Positions 1 through 12,838 of a DNA stretch of 64,000 bases are shown piece after piece. The stretch is from assembly GCF_006345805.1 (NCBI RefSeq), contig NC_043000.1, positions 132,370,001 to 132,434,000 of the forward strand, written 5' to 3'. Within the stretch, counting starts at the first letter, position 1. Every line of letters starts with the position of its first letter. The notes under the pieces were generated by a model. It saw only the letters and a list, made by a program, of their open reading frames with translations, did no database searches and was not told the origin of the DNA. Source of the DNA: Octopus sinensis. Lineage: Eukaryota. The position numbers and the translations under genes are program-made.

Positions 1-120
1 AAATGGTAAAAAGAGAAAAACTTTTGAAAAGCAGAAACGAGAATAATTGAGTAAATAAAAAGTAAAATTAAAAATAAAGCAGAAATGAAATAAAATAAAA
101 GCAGTCATTGTGTCAGGTCA

Positions 121-520
121 GAAGGTTAATGTGTATGTGCGTGTGTATGCGTGCGTGTGTGTGTGTGTGTATGTGTGTGAGTGTGTGTGTGTAAATGTGT
201 GTAAATGTGTGTATGTGTATATTGCGTGTTGTGTATGTATTAAATTATGGTGAGACATTTGCAATAATTAAAGATTGATAAATCGCATACACGTGTATAT
301 ACATAATAAAAAACACACATGCGCACATTTACGCATGCATATAAGTACATACGTACACGAACATATACACATGCATACTTATACACACACTAACACGCGC
401 ACGCACAAACACACAATGATATATAAAGACTTCCAAAACGCATATGCGTCTATGTGTGTGTGTGTGTATGTGCGTACGTGTGTATGTGTCCGCGCGAGCG
501 TATGTGTGTGTACGGTAAAG
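121..520. repeat. Degenerate (TG)n/(CA)n microsatellite field
   Basis: Alternating TG/CA/TA dinucleotide runs; source of the spurious ORF 275..631. Confidence 0.85.
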
Positions 521-899
521 TTTTGGTATGTACTCGTGTATTGTAGTAGCTGCAGAGAGGACTATTATTCTCAGCTGTCTTCATACAACTTTCAACACAT
601 ATATTCTCTGACTGTTAATATTTATCTTTAGTTAAGTGCTATTTGTTAAAATCTCGCTCACAGTGAGTAGAAAAGTCTTAAACGTTAATGGGAAACATGG
701 AGTACGAGGTGAGATTGATCTTTGGCATGTTCAGAAACAGCTCTGGTTTTATTAGACCATATCATAAAAACATAGTATACCAAATTCTAAATGACTTGGA
801 ACTATACATATTTTGCGTGAATGAACATTGATGGGAGTGATAACTTAAAAGAACCGATAGAGAAAGTTATCCAGAGACACCTTCTGCGTGAAAAACTTA

Positions 900-2800
900 T
901 AGAATAAAATTAGTAGTCCCTAACCGCAAATCATCCTGCTTGTTACATATCTAGCCTATTTTTTTTTCTTTTAGATAGCAAAGTACGACAAGGTTAATTT
1001 TATCCTCCACTAATTAGGACGTTAAAAAAGACAAGAAAAATCAGCTTCATGTGCTTTTATTGAGTGGAGTAAATATTCAATATATTTTGATGTCACACGA
1101 CTTGCTTTGCCGTGAAACTGATATCTCGCTCACAACATCATAAGCGGAAAGTGTAACATCTCGAAAGAGCTGTTCTTCACTCCTGCTCCAGAGCGTCGGC
1201 TGCGGGGTCACTCCGAAAAGCTCTATCTGCGACGACTTTATCTCAATCGAAGGAGAGGGGCTTTCTCCGTCAGGGTTGCGAATCCGTGGAATAAGCTGCC
1301 GGACGAGATAGTGAAGATGCCGACGACCGCTCGGTTCAAAGTCTCTCTTGACCAGAAATGGCCTGAACTCTTTGCATGAACACCCTCCCTGTACATAACT
1401 CCATGTCCCCCTACATGACCTTGCTTTTGCTTTTTGAGTCAAAAATTAACTTAACTTAACTTAACTTAACTTAACGTTATGACTTCATTGTCATTTTGTA
1501 AATCTATTATTCTTCTGGAAGATTGTCTTCGTTGTCGATTACTTGACTTCAAGCTGGCTGTTACATAGAACTTGAACAGAGAGGGCAATAGTTTAGGATT
1601 GCTGAACCATGTCACCATGCAATCATTGCAGACAGTCACGATAGGTAACGATACACTTATGAAACAATTTATCTTTCAAAGCTATCCATTCGTTGAAACT
1701 GTGGACTTGAAGTGTAGATGTGTACCCCATATAAAGAGCCAATTTAGAAATGAATGCAGTGATGGACGCTTTGCAGGCAACAACCGGTTTTTGCTTTTTT
1801 TTCGACAACGTATTAAGATAATTTAGCCTGATGAATATGTCATTAAGGAACAGACATCAGATTTAGCAACCACCAGGGAAAAAGATTGCTGAGTGCTTTG
1901 AAAAAATATTCTATGCTTGCATTAAAGAGTCCAGTCCGCTAAAGGGGCAAAATTGTTGTCATTTATCAACCATCGTACAATACAAAATCCTTGCATAGTC
2001 ATCATTATTACTGAAACATTCTGCTAACAGAAAATTCAATCAGATAAATAATTCGATCTTAATTTGTTTACTGTCTTGACAACTTGCAGCAGTATATCAC
2101 CAGTCTTATTATTGATATTTTTGTCAGTGGATGTTGTCAGTGAGCCACACTGCAAAAAGTTAAGATGACGTACAACATTGCATGTTTTAGGAGAGACCCC
2201 TGTATTTACCAAAACAGGCGATCCACTAGGTGCACAGGCAACAATATTGGCCAATGTAATGTTATGCTCATAAAAAGTAGTTTCAATAATTCTAAAATAG
2301 ACATTTTGAGTTAAGCAACAATTGATCATTGAACCACATTTCCTCATAAGGTTAAATATTTCCACTAAAAAGAAACAAACATAATACCATCATCAAGCAT
2401 CGACTGTCTCCAGTTCACTCATCCACTTGTAGGGAATATTCAGAACACTAGAGATATAGGTGAATTGATGTTTGATGTTGGGGTTGAATAATTGTATCAT
2501 TACTAAATAGAATTTTTCTGATAATGGAGTCTGACTTTTCATGCGTTGCAGTCGAGAGAACTTCAATAACAGATCGAGAAGTTGTTTCGCCTATAGTATG
2601 GGTCTTAAAGGTCTTTGCGATGAGTAACAACACAATATTGTACGACGAAGTATTTTCCACTTTTCCAATGAGATCTGAAGTTTTAGGAGATATAATAAAA
2701 GTTCGTCCTTCTGATCAGCGTATATGCAAAGTAAATATTACTTCATGCGTGAAGATGTCATGGCTTCATTGCACAAAAACGCATCGGTAATTGGCTATTC
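900..2800 (-). pseudogene. Degraded hAT (Buster/Charlie/ZBED5-like) transposase, split by a LINE insertion
   Basis: Manual minus-strand translation gives collinear Buster-type motifs across stops and frameshifts: CNEAMTSSRM (N-terminal Zn-finger region, ~2740-2790), SSYNIVLLLIAKTFKTHTIGET...IIRKILFSNDT (ORF 2448..2660), NITLANIVACAPSGSP and VVKTVNKLRSNYLSD (ORF 2036..2365), ITAFISKLALY (ORF 1623..1808), LPEE-IDLQND (~1490-1530), and FLSFLTS*LVE...NRLD...DDLRL (~915-1040). Confidence 0.85.
1104..1475 (+). mobile_element. 5'-truncated CR1/L2-like LINE 3' end with (TTAAC)6 tail
   Basis: Plus frame reads RRLRGHSEKLYLRRLYLNRRRGAFSVRVANPWNKLPDEIV...FKVSLDQKW..*, the typical CR1/L2 ORF2 C-terminus; six TTAAC units at 1446-1475. 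Confidence 0.85.
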
Positions 2801-3523
2801 TGAGAACAGCAATAAATCTGTAAGATAAATAATGTGCGATTGACGATATTTTCTTCGTTGGAGAGATTGAAATATATAAACATCGTACAATAAACATTGA
2901 AAATGGAAATGATTGGATAAATATATAACACAATGTTAATAATTGCACATTCAGCAGTCAGGCTGAGAAACCTCGATTTAGGGGATAATATTTTATAGAA
3001 TAGTTGCGGATAAGCCTGTGCACCTGATGAAATCTGACGTATAATTTTTCCGTTAGAACATAAGAAACTGTTAAAACGTAAGAAACATAATAACATCAGT
3101 AATTCTCAATTTATGCGCACAGGGTTATCTACAAGCCTACCAAACCACAGCATGCATCATATTTTTTCAAGTTTATGTAGCGAGACCCGAATAGATTTTT
3201 CTCAAACAATCCTTAGATCAAACGCTATACTCGAATATATTGTAGTACCTACTATTACCTCTAGTATGCTGTAGCATCGTTCACTATCTTGCTCTTTCAA
3301 AAATAGCATATGCATAAGTGCTAACAGCCACAATCAGAGAAACATGTCAGTGAGCGTTGGAAGAAATGAATTTGCCTATGATACATAAAGTCTTATTAAG
3401 TTCTGGTTGAGTACTTGCATTGTTGCTTATTCAGTTCTCACATTTGATGTTTACCTGCATAACATACAGTGTGTATTTGGGAGTTATGATGTTGTGAGAG
3501 ATATTAAGCTATTAAAATACATA

Positions 3524-3937
3524 TACTATTTTACTCTTTTACTTGTTTCAATCATTTGACTGTGGCCATGCTGGAGCACCGCCTTTAGTCGATCGAGCAA
3601 ATCTACCCCAGGATTTATTCTTTGTAAGCCTAGTACTTATTCTATCGGTCAATTTTGCCGAACCGCTAAGTTACGGGGACGTAAACACACCAGCATCGGT
3701 TGTCAAGCGATGTTGCGGGGACAAACACAGACACACAAACATATACACACACATACATATATATACATATATACGACGGGCTTCTTTCAGTTTCCGTCTA
3801 CAAAATCCACTCACTAGGCTTTGGTCGTACCGAGGCTATAGTAGAAGACACTTATCCAAGGTGCCACGCAGTGGGATTGAACCCGGAAGCATGTGGTTCG
3901 TAAGCAAGCTACTTACCACACAGCTACTCCTACGCCT
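3524..3937 (-). mobile_element. tRNA-derived SINE family A (CORE-like motif, internal microsatellite, GAGTAAAA-type tail)
   Basis: Reverse complement starts AGGCGTAGGAGTAGCTGTGTGGTAAG (A box), has B box GGTTCAATCCC, then GGCACCTTGG; similar to seven or more other copies in the window. Confidence 0.9.
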
Positions 3938-4517
3938 ATGATATAAAAACAAATCCATCATCTAGTTCATAACTTTGATGGACAATGATCCTGAAACATG
4001 CGTGTCTCTAGATGCCGGCCTGGCTGCTGGGGGTGTTTGTCTCCCCTTCGTAAATGTATATAAGGACACAGGAAAAATGTTTCGTAGCCAGCAGGAAGCG
4101 TCGATGCTTCCTAGGGCTAAACAGCTGTGGTGTAACCCCCTACTGTCACGTTCACGTTAGATTGACAGTATACAACCATTCAAAAAAGGAGTTGTCCTAT
4201 CTTTAATCGAAACAGTCCTATCAAATTTATAATGTGAAGAGTAAAACAAAAGTACACTTACAATAAGTTACATATGTTGTTAATTGCAATTACTGGGTAT
4301 GAGAATCACGACAAAGATGTCGAAGTTGTTGCTTGCTCTGCGTCACAAGCAGGTCTCTTGGGACAAAAATTCTGTTCTTTTTTCCCATTGGTTGAATAGA
4401 CTTGTAGATAATTTTGTGGTGATAAATCGAGAAATAATGATGTCTCGTATATTTCTTGCGTTGACATGGTATAATTTCACCGCAAATCTCATCGGGTGAA
4501 CAAGCTTTATCGTTAAC

Positions 4518-5184
4518 TTTTTGCTTGTTTCAGTCATTAGATTTAGGCCGTGCTGAGGCACCGCCTTGAATTTTTTGTCGAATGAATAGACCCAAGTACT
4601 TACTGTTTTCAAAGTATGGCACTTATTGTATCGTTCTTTTCGCAAAACCGCTAAGTTAAGTGACGTAAACACACCAATACTGGTTGTCAAGTTGTGGTGG
4701 GAGACAAACATAGACACAAAGACACATGGATACAACCACATACACACACACCCATGAACACGCACACACCCATGAACACACACACACACACACATGAACA
4801 CACACACCCATGAGCACACACACACCCATGAGCACACACACACACCCATGAGCACACACACACCCATGAGCACACACACACACCCATGAGTACACACACA
4901 CCCATGAGCACACACACACACCCATGAGCACACACACACCCATGAGCACACACACACCCATGAGCACCCCCCCACACATGAGCACACACACATGAATACA
5001 CATACACGCACACACACACACATACAGAACGGGCTTCTTTCAGTTTCCGTCACTCACATCCACTCGCAAAGCTTTGGTCGGCCCAAGGCTGTATTAGAAG
5101 ATACTTGCCCAAGGTGGGACTGAACACGGAACCACGAGATTGGGAAGTAAGCTTCTTACAACACAGCACGGCCATGCCTGCGCT
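4518..5184 (-). mobile_element. SINE family A, diverged copy with expanded internal minisatellite
   Basis: Collinear with the other A copies at both ends; central microsatellite slot replaced by a (CA)nCCCATGAG array. Confidence 0.85.
4745..4996. repeat. Minisatellite (CA)3-6-CCCATGAG, ~14 units of 16-22 bp
   Basis: CATGA recurs about 14 times, separated by variable CA runs. Confidence 0.9.
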
Positions 5185-5358
5185 TATCTGCAACAATTCT
5201 ATAAACACATCTATTTTGATGAGTACAAAATATTCAGAGTGCAAAATATTATGAACATACGTGACATAGATACAATTATAACCAATCAAAACTACTCAAT
5301 TATTTGTTTGCGGACTAGACTTGGATCATTGTTTTTTTATTTATTGCTTGACAATAAT

Positions 5359-5768
5359 TGTGTGCTAAGTAGTTTGCTTCTCAACCACATGGTTCCGGGT
5401 TCAGTACCACTGCGTGGCACCTTCGGCAAGTGTCTTCTGCTATAGCCTCAGGCCGACCAAAGCCTTGTGAGTGGATTTGGTAGATGGAAACTGAAAGAAG
5501 CCCGTCGTATATATGTATATATATATATATATGTGTGTGTGTGTATGTGTTTGTGTGTCTGTGTTTGTCTCCGCAACATCGCTTGACAACCGATGCTGGT
5601 GTGTTTACGTCCCCGTAGCATAGCGGTTCGGCGAAAGAGGCCGATAGAATAAGTACTAGGCTTACAAAGAATAAGTCCTGGGATCGATTTGCTCGACTAA
5701 AAGGCGGTGCTCCAGCATGGCCACAGTCAAATGCCTGAAACAAGGAAAACTGTAAAAGAGTAAAAGAG
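5359..5768 (+). mobile_element. SINE family A
   Basis: CCACATGGTTCCGGGTTCAGTACCACTGCGTGGCACCTT head; GTAAAAGAGTAAAAGAG tail. Confidence 0.9.
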
Positions 5769-6202
5769 GAACAAGTAATAATCCACATAGTTTCATTTGA
5801 GAGTGCTATAAATCAAAGGCAGAAATGAATTTAAAAAATGAATCCTCCACAATAAGAAGACAAGGGAGAATCGAGCTACTCGAAAATTTCGTATTGTAGT
5901 ACTTTACGTTTAAATATGAGAGGCCCCTTACGGCATCCTGCAACAAATTCCGTAATCATTCTGAACTGATACAAATATGTTAATATAATTTGAAAAGCAA
6001 AACAAGAATTTCTACTTGAACTGGTGATGAAAGTGGACTGAAACGAAGATGTAACCTTAATACATAATTGAATAAAAAAGTTGATCAACCATGTCATTGT
6101 TTTATTGTTTTTCAAATTCCATGAAAGTGAAAAATATGAATAAAATCCCGAAAGATCGACAAATAGATTTTAGCCTCGCTCTGAGTAAGGCTGAGTAAGG
6201 CT

Positions 6203-6313
6203 GTATACACATACGCACACATACGCACACATACACGCATATACACATATATATATATATATAAATATGTGTGTGTGTGAGTGTATATATATATGTGTGT
6301 GTGTGTGTATATA

Positions 6314-6353
<40 letters not shown>

Positions 6354-6391
6354 CACTCACATATGTATGCATACATATACATATACATTAT

Positions 6392-6431
<40 letters not shown>

Positions 6432-6509
6432 GTATACATATATTAATATATTTATAAATACATGCACACACACATATACACAATCACACACACACACACA
6501 TACACACAA

Positions 6510-6542
<33 letters not shown>
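6203..6542. repeat. Compound TA/TG/CA microsatellite
   Basis: Visible dinucleotide runs. Confidence 0.9.
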
Positions 6543-6544
<2 letters not shown>

Positions 6545-7104
6545 TTTACAAACTGAAAGTGCACACAACGTGTGTCATGGAAGTTAAGTATAAATATATT
6601 TTGTAATTTAAATCTGCATCAGTGAAAGATTCGTAAACGCATAAGAACATATCTTTCAGCACCATATGCAAAGGACAACGTGTGATCATGAGAAACGGGT
6701 CTTGTAGTTTATCAAATAAAATAATGTAAAGTATAATAGCCATCTCAATATGGCTAACCACAAAGGGTGGGTGTTACTGAAGCTTTTAGCCCCAGGAGAT
6801 CATCGTCTCCAGCTGGCTTTAGGCACACTATCTGTGCCCTTATGGTATTTGCAAAGGGAGGTCATCCCTTTCTCGTAAGCCTAAGTGATACGCACGGACC
6901 GCAGTTTCGAGGTAGTTGCCTCTTGTCAACGGGCGGTAAACACCGGTTTACGATGAAAAGGAAGACCTTGTATGCAAATACTTAAGTGTTTTTCTAGTAA
7001 CTTCCGTCACTGATTTCAAAAAACTGTCTGCAAGCAATAATAAAATAATGTTTTTGGAAAATTGGGACTATCTTTCATGGTGTGTCAGAGCCAGTATTTA
7101 TTAT

Positions 7105-7195
7105 AAGACACTTGCCGAAGGTGATGTCTAACGGGACATCACCTTCGCTCAAAACAACATGGTTGTGAAGCGAACTTCTTAATCACTCAGTCATG
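7105..7195 (-). mobile_element. Old SINE A head fragment containing a 13-bp palindrome
   Basis: AAGACACTTGCCGAAGGTG...ATGGTTGTGAAGCGAACTTCTTAATCACTCAG aligns to the reverse complement of the A head. Confidence 0.6.
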
Positions 7196-7586
7196 CAAGA
7201 CCAATGGTATATAACGTTTCTCTCTGTGTTTGTGTGTGTGTGTGTGTGAGTGACGAAATTGTGTATATGTGTAAGTATGTAGGAAACTAAGTTATTAAAT
7301 GCATGTCATGGTTTCTCGCAGAGTTTCTGATTCAAATGAATTGAGAATAGCTGGTAGACACTCGGATCGGATACCTGATGTAAACCATAGCATGCATATA
7401 ATCACATACTTATCTGTATAAAGACATGGGCATGCATGCAATCGCAAGCAAACAGTCACACTTATACCACATGTCACGTATGAACTTAGATATACAGAGA
7501 AGAACAGAAAAAAGCCAAGAGAAGCATATCCGGGCATGCATGCGTGTGTGTGCTTGCGCACGTATGATAGATATATAAATGGAGAG

Positions 7587-8255
<669 letters not shown>

Positions 8256-9254
8256 GTGTATGTTAAAAGTAAAGGCATATCTTTCTAACTGAACTAATTC
8301 TTGGACTCGCCAGTCTTATTAGAGCGACTAATAATTGCTGTTGGCACCAATCCCTCCTCCTAAGTAACTTCCTTCAGTTGACCATTCTCTTGAGATTTAT
8401 TTGCCTATATACATGAAACGCACGGTGATTTTAAACAGGGCATTTTTCTCTTCTTTTCTTTTCATATATACTGCAGTGCTATTATTCCCAATTCCCGCCC
8501 TCTATTTTACAACAGCATTTTATATCATACCAGCTAGGCAGCTTGTACTTAACCCGCAACTGTTATTGGTCCCGGTTCATCTTTTATTACCTGTCATTAC
8601 TCAACGAATATGCCCTCATCTCTTGGGGAAAATAGCTTGCTTCATATTGACTTTTATATCATTCGATTATGAAACCAGTTCATTTCACCGTAATGCGCAT
8701 GTGTAGTGTTATGTGAGTCATCAATGCTTTCCATAATAGACTGCAGATTCCTGCGTAGTACGGCTTCGTGTTTCAATGTGTTTTATATGTATGTGTGTGT
8801 GTGTGTGTGTGTATGTGTGTGAGTGCATACATACATGCATGCGTGCGCAAACACTCACACATGTACGCGTACGCACACGCACGCACACGTATGCACACGT
8901 ACGCACGCACACACACGCATAGGCGAAAGAAATAACCAGTAAAGTTTTATGCAACTTGGCATCGTTTCATTATTTTAATGCTATTTTTATACAGTCCATT
9001 CGGCTAGCGAATATTTCGACAATTTCCGTTTTCTTACTCATAAATGTGACTTTTATTTATTATTTGTGATTATTCTTCGGGATCATCATCAAACATAGCA
9101 CATGGCGAGTTATTTCGGGTTATCGATTACCGGTCATCGATAAACTTTATTAATTTTTGCCTGGAAGTTATATTTTTGCAATGTTAAATCAATTTTCGTT
9201 TTTAGGAAAGGAATTAATTATTGCTATCTTTAATAGTTATATTCCAATTAAAAC

Positions 9255-9460
9255 AGCAAGCTAGTAGAATCGTTATAGCATCGGAAAAAAATGCCGAGTT
9301 TCCTTTCTTTCAACTCATTATGCTCTGCGTTCAAATCCTGCTGAAGTCAGTTATGCCTTTCATCTCACAGAGACCGATAAAATGATTTCAGTTCCTTGAA
9401 TAGTACTTATGTAATCGACTGGTCCCCTACTTTCAAGATTGTTGGCCATGTGACAAATTT
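9255..9460 (+). mobile_element. Degraded SINE family B' copy
   Basis: GTTCAAATCCTGCTGAAGTCAG..GCCTTTCATC..GTAATCGACTGGTCCCCT resembles the B' consensus seen elsewhere in the window. Confidence 0.55.
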
Positions 9461-9562
9461 AGAAGGAGTATTTAAGGGTTAATTTTTAACTACCGAGCAA
9501 GGGTCCAATGGTAATTGATTAAATCTTAAAAAGAAGCTTATATTCAGTATAAGATAGGATAT

Positions 9563-9954
9563 GTGGAGGCACAATGGCCCAGTGGTTAGGGCAGCGGACT
9601 CGCGGTCGTAGGATCGCGGTTTCGATTCCCAGACTGGGCGTTGTGAGTGTTTATTGAGCGAAAACACCTAAAGCTCCACGAGGCTCCGGCAGGGATGGTG
9701 GTGATCCCTGCTGTACTCTTTAACCACAACTTTCTCTCACTCTTTACTTCCTGTTTCTGTTGTACCTGTATTTCAAGGGGCCGGCCTTGTCACTCTCTGT
9801 GTCACGCTGAATATCCCCGAGAACTACGTTAAGGGTACACGTGTCTGTGGAGTGCTCAGCCACTTACACGTTAATTTCACGGGCAGGCTGTTCCGTTGAT
9901 TCGGATCAACCGGAACCCTCGTCGTCGTAACCGACGGAGTGCTTTCCATTCCCC
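9563..9954 (+). mobile_element. tRNA-Arg-like SINE family C, tail type 1, intact with TSD
   Basis: Head GTGGAGGCACAATGGCCCAGTGGTTAGGGCAGCGGACTCGCGG (TCG anticodon-like), B box GGTTTCGATTCC; perfect 14-bp TSD ATAAGATAGGATAT at 9549-9562 and 9955-9968. Confidence 0.93.
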
Positions 9955-11239
9955 ATAAGATAGGATATAACTGGATTTGGCAAAATGTAACATTTCCCGG
10001 CACACCGAAAAAGAAAACCTGTAAGACTTTGCAAGCTTTTCTTTTTTCAGTTATTACAAAGGCAGGAATTTCATTGGTTTAAAAACTGAACATAATCCTG
10101 TTAATTAATTAACCGATAAATTAGTTAATCAAGGCATTGATCTGGTAGAAAGGGTAGCGAGTTAGACTTGCCTCAGAGTATTGAGTCCCATTTCGTTATA
10201 GTTAGAGCTCGACACCAACCGAGGTCAACTTTGCATTTAATCTTACTGGTGTTGATGACATAAAATACCAGTCTCTATTATAAAACGGAGGCTCTATTTC
10301 ACCAACACTATCCTTCAAATGAATTTGTTGCTTCGTTTTTAAGTTAATACCTGCGGATGATTGCTAATGAAATTATAATTTTCCAAGGTGTTTACAACAT
10401 TTATATCTACACTAAGATGATAAGCTGGCAGAATCGTTAGAACGTCGGAAAAATGCTTAGTGGCATTTCTTCTGGCTTTTTATGCCTTATTCGTCGCATT
10501 GGCAGAGTCATTGGAATATCGAAAAAAGTACCTGGTGGCATTTGTTCCAACCCTCTACACTACATTCAAATCTTGTTGAAGTTAACTTTGCTTTTCCTCC
10601 TTGGGCAGAGGTCGTAGCTTGGTGGAACTTTAAGGGCTTTGGATCGGATGCCTTGCGCTGGCTCTTTGCATGTTGAGTTCAAATCCTACCATGGTCTGCT
10701 TGGGTGATAAACTTAATCTATTACCTGGTATAACGCAGCTACCTGGCATCTTAGGGCTCATTATGTTGCAAGCATTCTTTCTAGGTCTTTGATTTCAGGA
10801 TATCTTCCTCTTTCGCTTCCCTCAGTCTCAGAGGTCCTGTAAAAGGGTCATGGGCACTTCCTTTCCTTCTGACTAAAGGGATAAGTAAGTCCTGGACTTG
10901 ATTCGAAATCAGAAATTTAATTATTTCTAAACTAAATGAAATAATAACCTTTTCTACTGAATCACAAGAACCTAATTTCCTTTAGATTAAAAATTGTAAA
11001 ACAAAAAATGTATTGCGTCAGAAATCATCTAAAAAGCAGACAAATTTCTGCATTTATATCTCCAGTCAGGATGGAAGAAAAAGTTTTGTGCAACCAGACC
11101 GTGTTTATTATGTTTCAATTGTAGAACTGGACATATAATGCTAGAAAAAGCGCGATAGTCTCTTTCAAAGAAGTACATATCAGTTTATCAGTCAGAGGAA
11201 GATTAACTATACATTTTGAAAATGGCAAATATTACAATA

Positions 11240-11392
11240 TTCTTTCTACTATAGGCACATGGCCTGAAATTTTGTGGGAGAGCGTTAATCGATTACATCG
11301 ACCCCAGATTCAACTGGTACTTACTTTATCGACTTAGAAACGGTGAAAAGCAAATTCGACTTCGGCGGAATTCGAACTCAGAATGTAAAGCC
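11240..11392 (-). mobile_element. SINE family B' 3' fragment
   Basis: CGATTACATCGACCCCAG..ACTGGTACT..TTATCGAC..GGCGGAATTCGAACTCAG block shared with other B/B' copies. Confidence 0.75.
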
Positions 11393-11829
11393 GTACAAAT
11401 ATTATATTCTTAAGAACATATACATTCCAGAAAGTACAGATGTAACAATAAAAATATAATAATTGAAGAATAAATAGAACACGAAACAATCGAGAAAATG
11501 AACACAATAGAGAACTAAAAATGTACAGACAATTGGTAAACAACTTAATACACTTGATTGCAAGGAGCAACAGAAATACAGCTGGCTTCAAGGCTCTTGA
11601 TTGATAGTACAATGTGAAGACCTAGTAATTTCTGCTCTTAAACAGTGTCTCTTAAATGAACACTACCATAAATATATACTAAAACAAAATATTGAATATG
11701 AATGGATTATGTTAAGAGCATCACGTTAGTATTATATTGGCTGATGCTCCATACTAGCCGCTTCCGATCACCCAGAAGACATAATAGAGTGGAAACTATA
11801 CTGGAAACTATAAGAAAATAAAAGCCCAG

Positions 11830-12205
11830 TAATTGAAATACGACACATGTGTATCTGAGACAGAGATCGTTGCGGAGAATGCGTGGAGAGATGGTAGCAA
11901 ACTGATATGATTTCATTATAAAAGATTAAAACATCCTGGTTTTGAATACGAAAGGGAATGGTTTGCTCGTAAGACAATAACGTAAAAAAAGGTGAACAAC
12001 TCTCCGAACAAAAAGAACAACAAAGAAAAGTAGCAAATATGTGGAAAATGCGCAAATATTAGTATCATTAATTATAGGAAAGTAATGAATTGTGAAAGGA
12101 AGCCCCAAAGTTGAACAACTAGATTTATATTCTATATGCGAAATTCAGAAGATAGTATTCCTAATAATGTCCATAACCTGCGAAAAGTATCACTGATAAA
12201 TGCAA
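11830..12205 (+). mobile_element. Highly degraded R4/Dong-like LINE 3' end (REL region)
   Basis: Remnants ...MWKMR..VSLIIG..IQKIVF..VHNLRKV collinear with the better copy at 49990-50703. Confidence 0.45.
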
Positions 12206-12283
12206 CAAAAATATTTTCACATATCTAATCTTTCTTGAAGTAACAATATAACTCCTGGAGAGTACATATACTCTAGACAAGAC

Positions 12284-12286
<3 letters not shown>

Positions 12287-12318
<32 letters not shown>

Positions 12319-12473
12319 CAATAATAATAATAATAATAACAATAATAATGATAATAATAATAATAACAATAATAATGATAGTAATAATAATAATAATAAT
12401 GATGATGATTATAATAATAATAATAATAATAATAATAGTAATAATAGCAATAATAATAATAATAATGATGATG

Positions 12474-12507
<34 letters not shown>

Positions 12508-12563
12508 GTAATAATAGCAATAATAATAATGATATTAATAATAATGATGATGATGATGATGAT

Positions 12564-12596
<33 letters not shown>

Positions 12597-12612
12597 GATA
12601 ATAATAATAATG
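12287..12612. repeat. (AAT)n/(GAT)n trinucleotide array
   Basis: Direct inspection. Confidence 0.95.
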
Positions 12613-12737
12613 AGCTACAAGAGCCCAAGACATGGGGAACAGTACAAAGGCGAAATACATGAGAAAACTACAGACACGAAAGAAGAAACATAAACATACG
12701 AAATCAGAAAGATAAACACTCAAACGCAGACACACGT

Positions 12738-12838
<101 letters not shown>

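Noticed and set aside
4745-4996. CRISPR-like repeat-spacer look
   Set aside because: Spacers are only CA runs, the context is eukaryotic and there are no cas genes.
4343-5053. 236-aa Cys/Val-rich ORF and overlapping ORFs
   Set aside because: Translation of the SINE and its CA minisatellite; no real protein features.
9563-9640. tRNA-Arg gene
   Set aside because: Runs into a SINE body and tail within a TSD; acceptor stem not closed. The other tRNA-like heads were rejected because they also run into SINE bodies.
12161-12662. Poly-Ile/Leu and poly-Asn ORFs
   Set aside because: (AAT)n translation artefacts.
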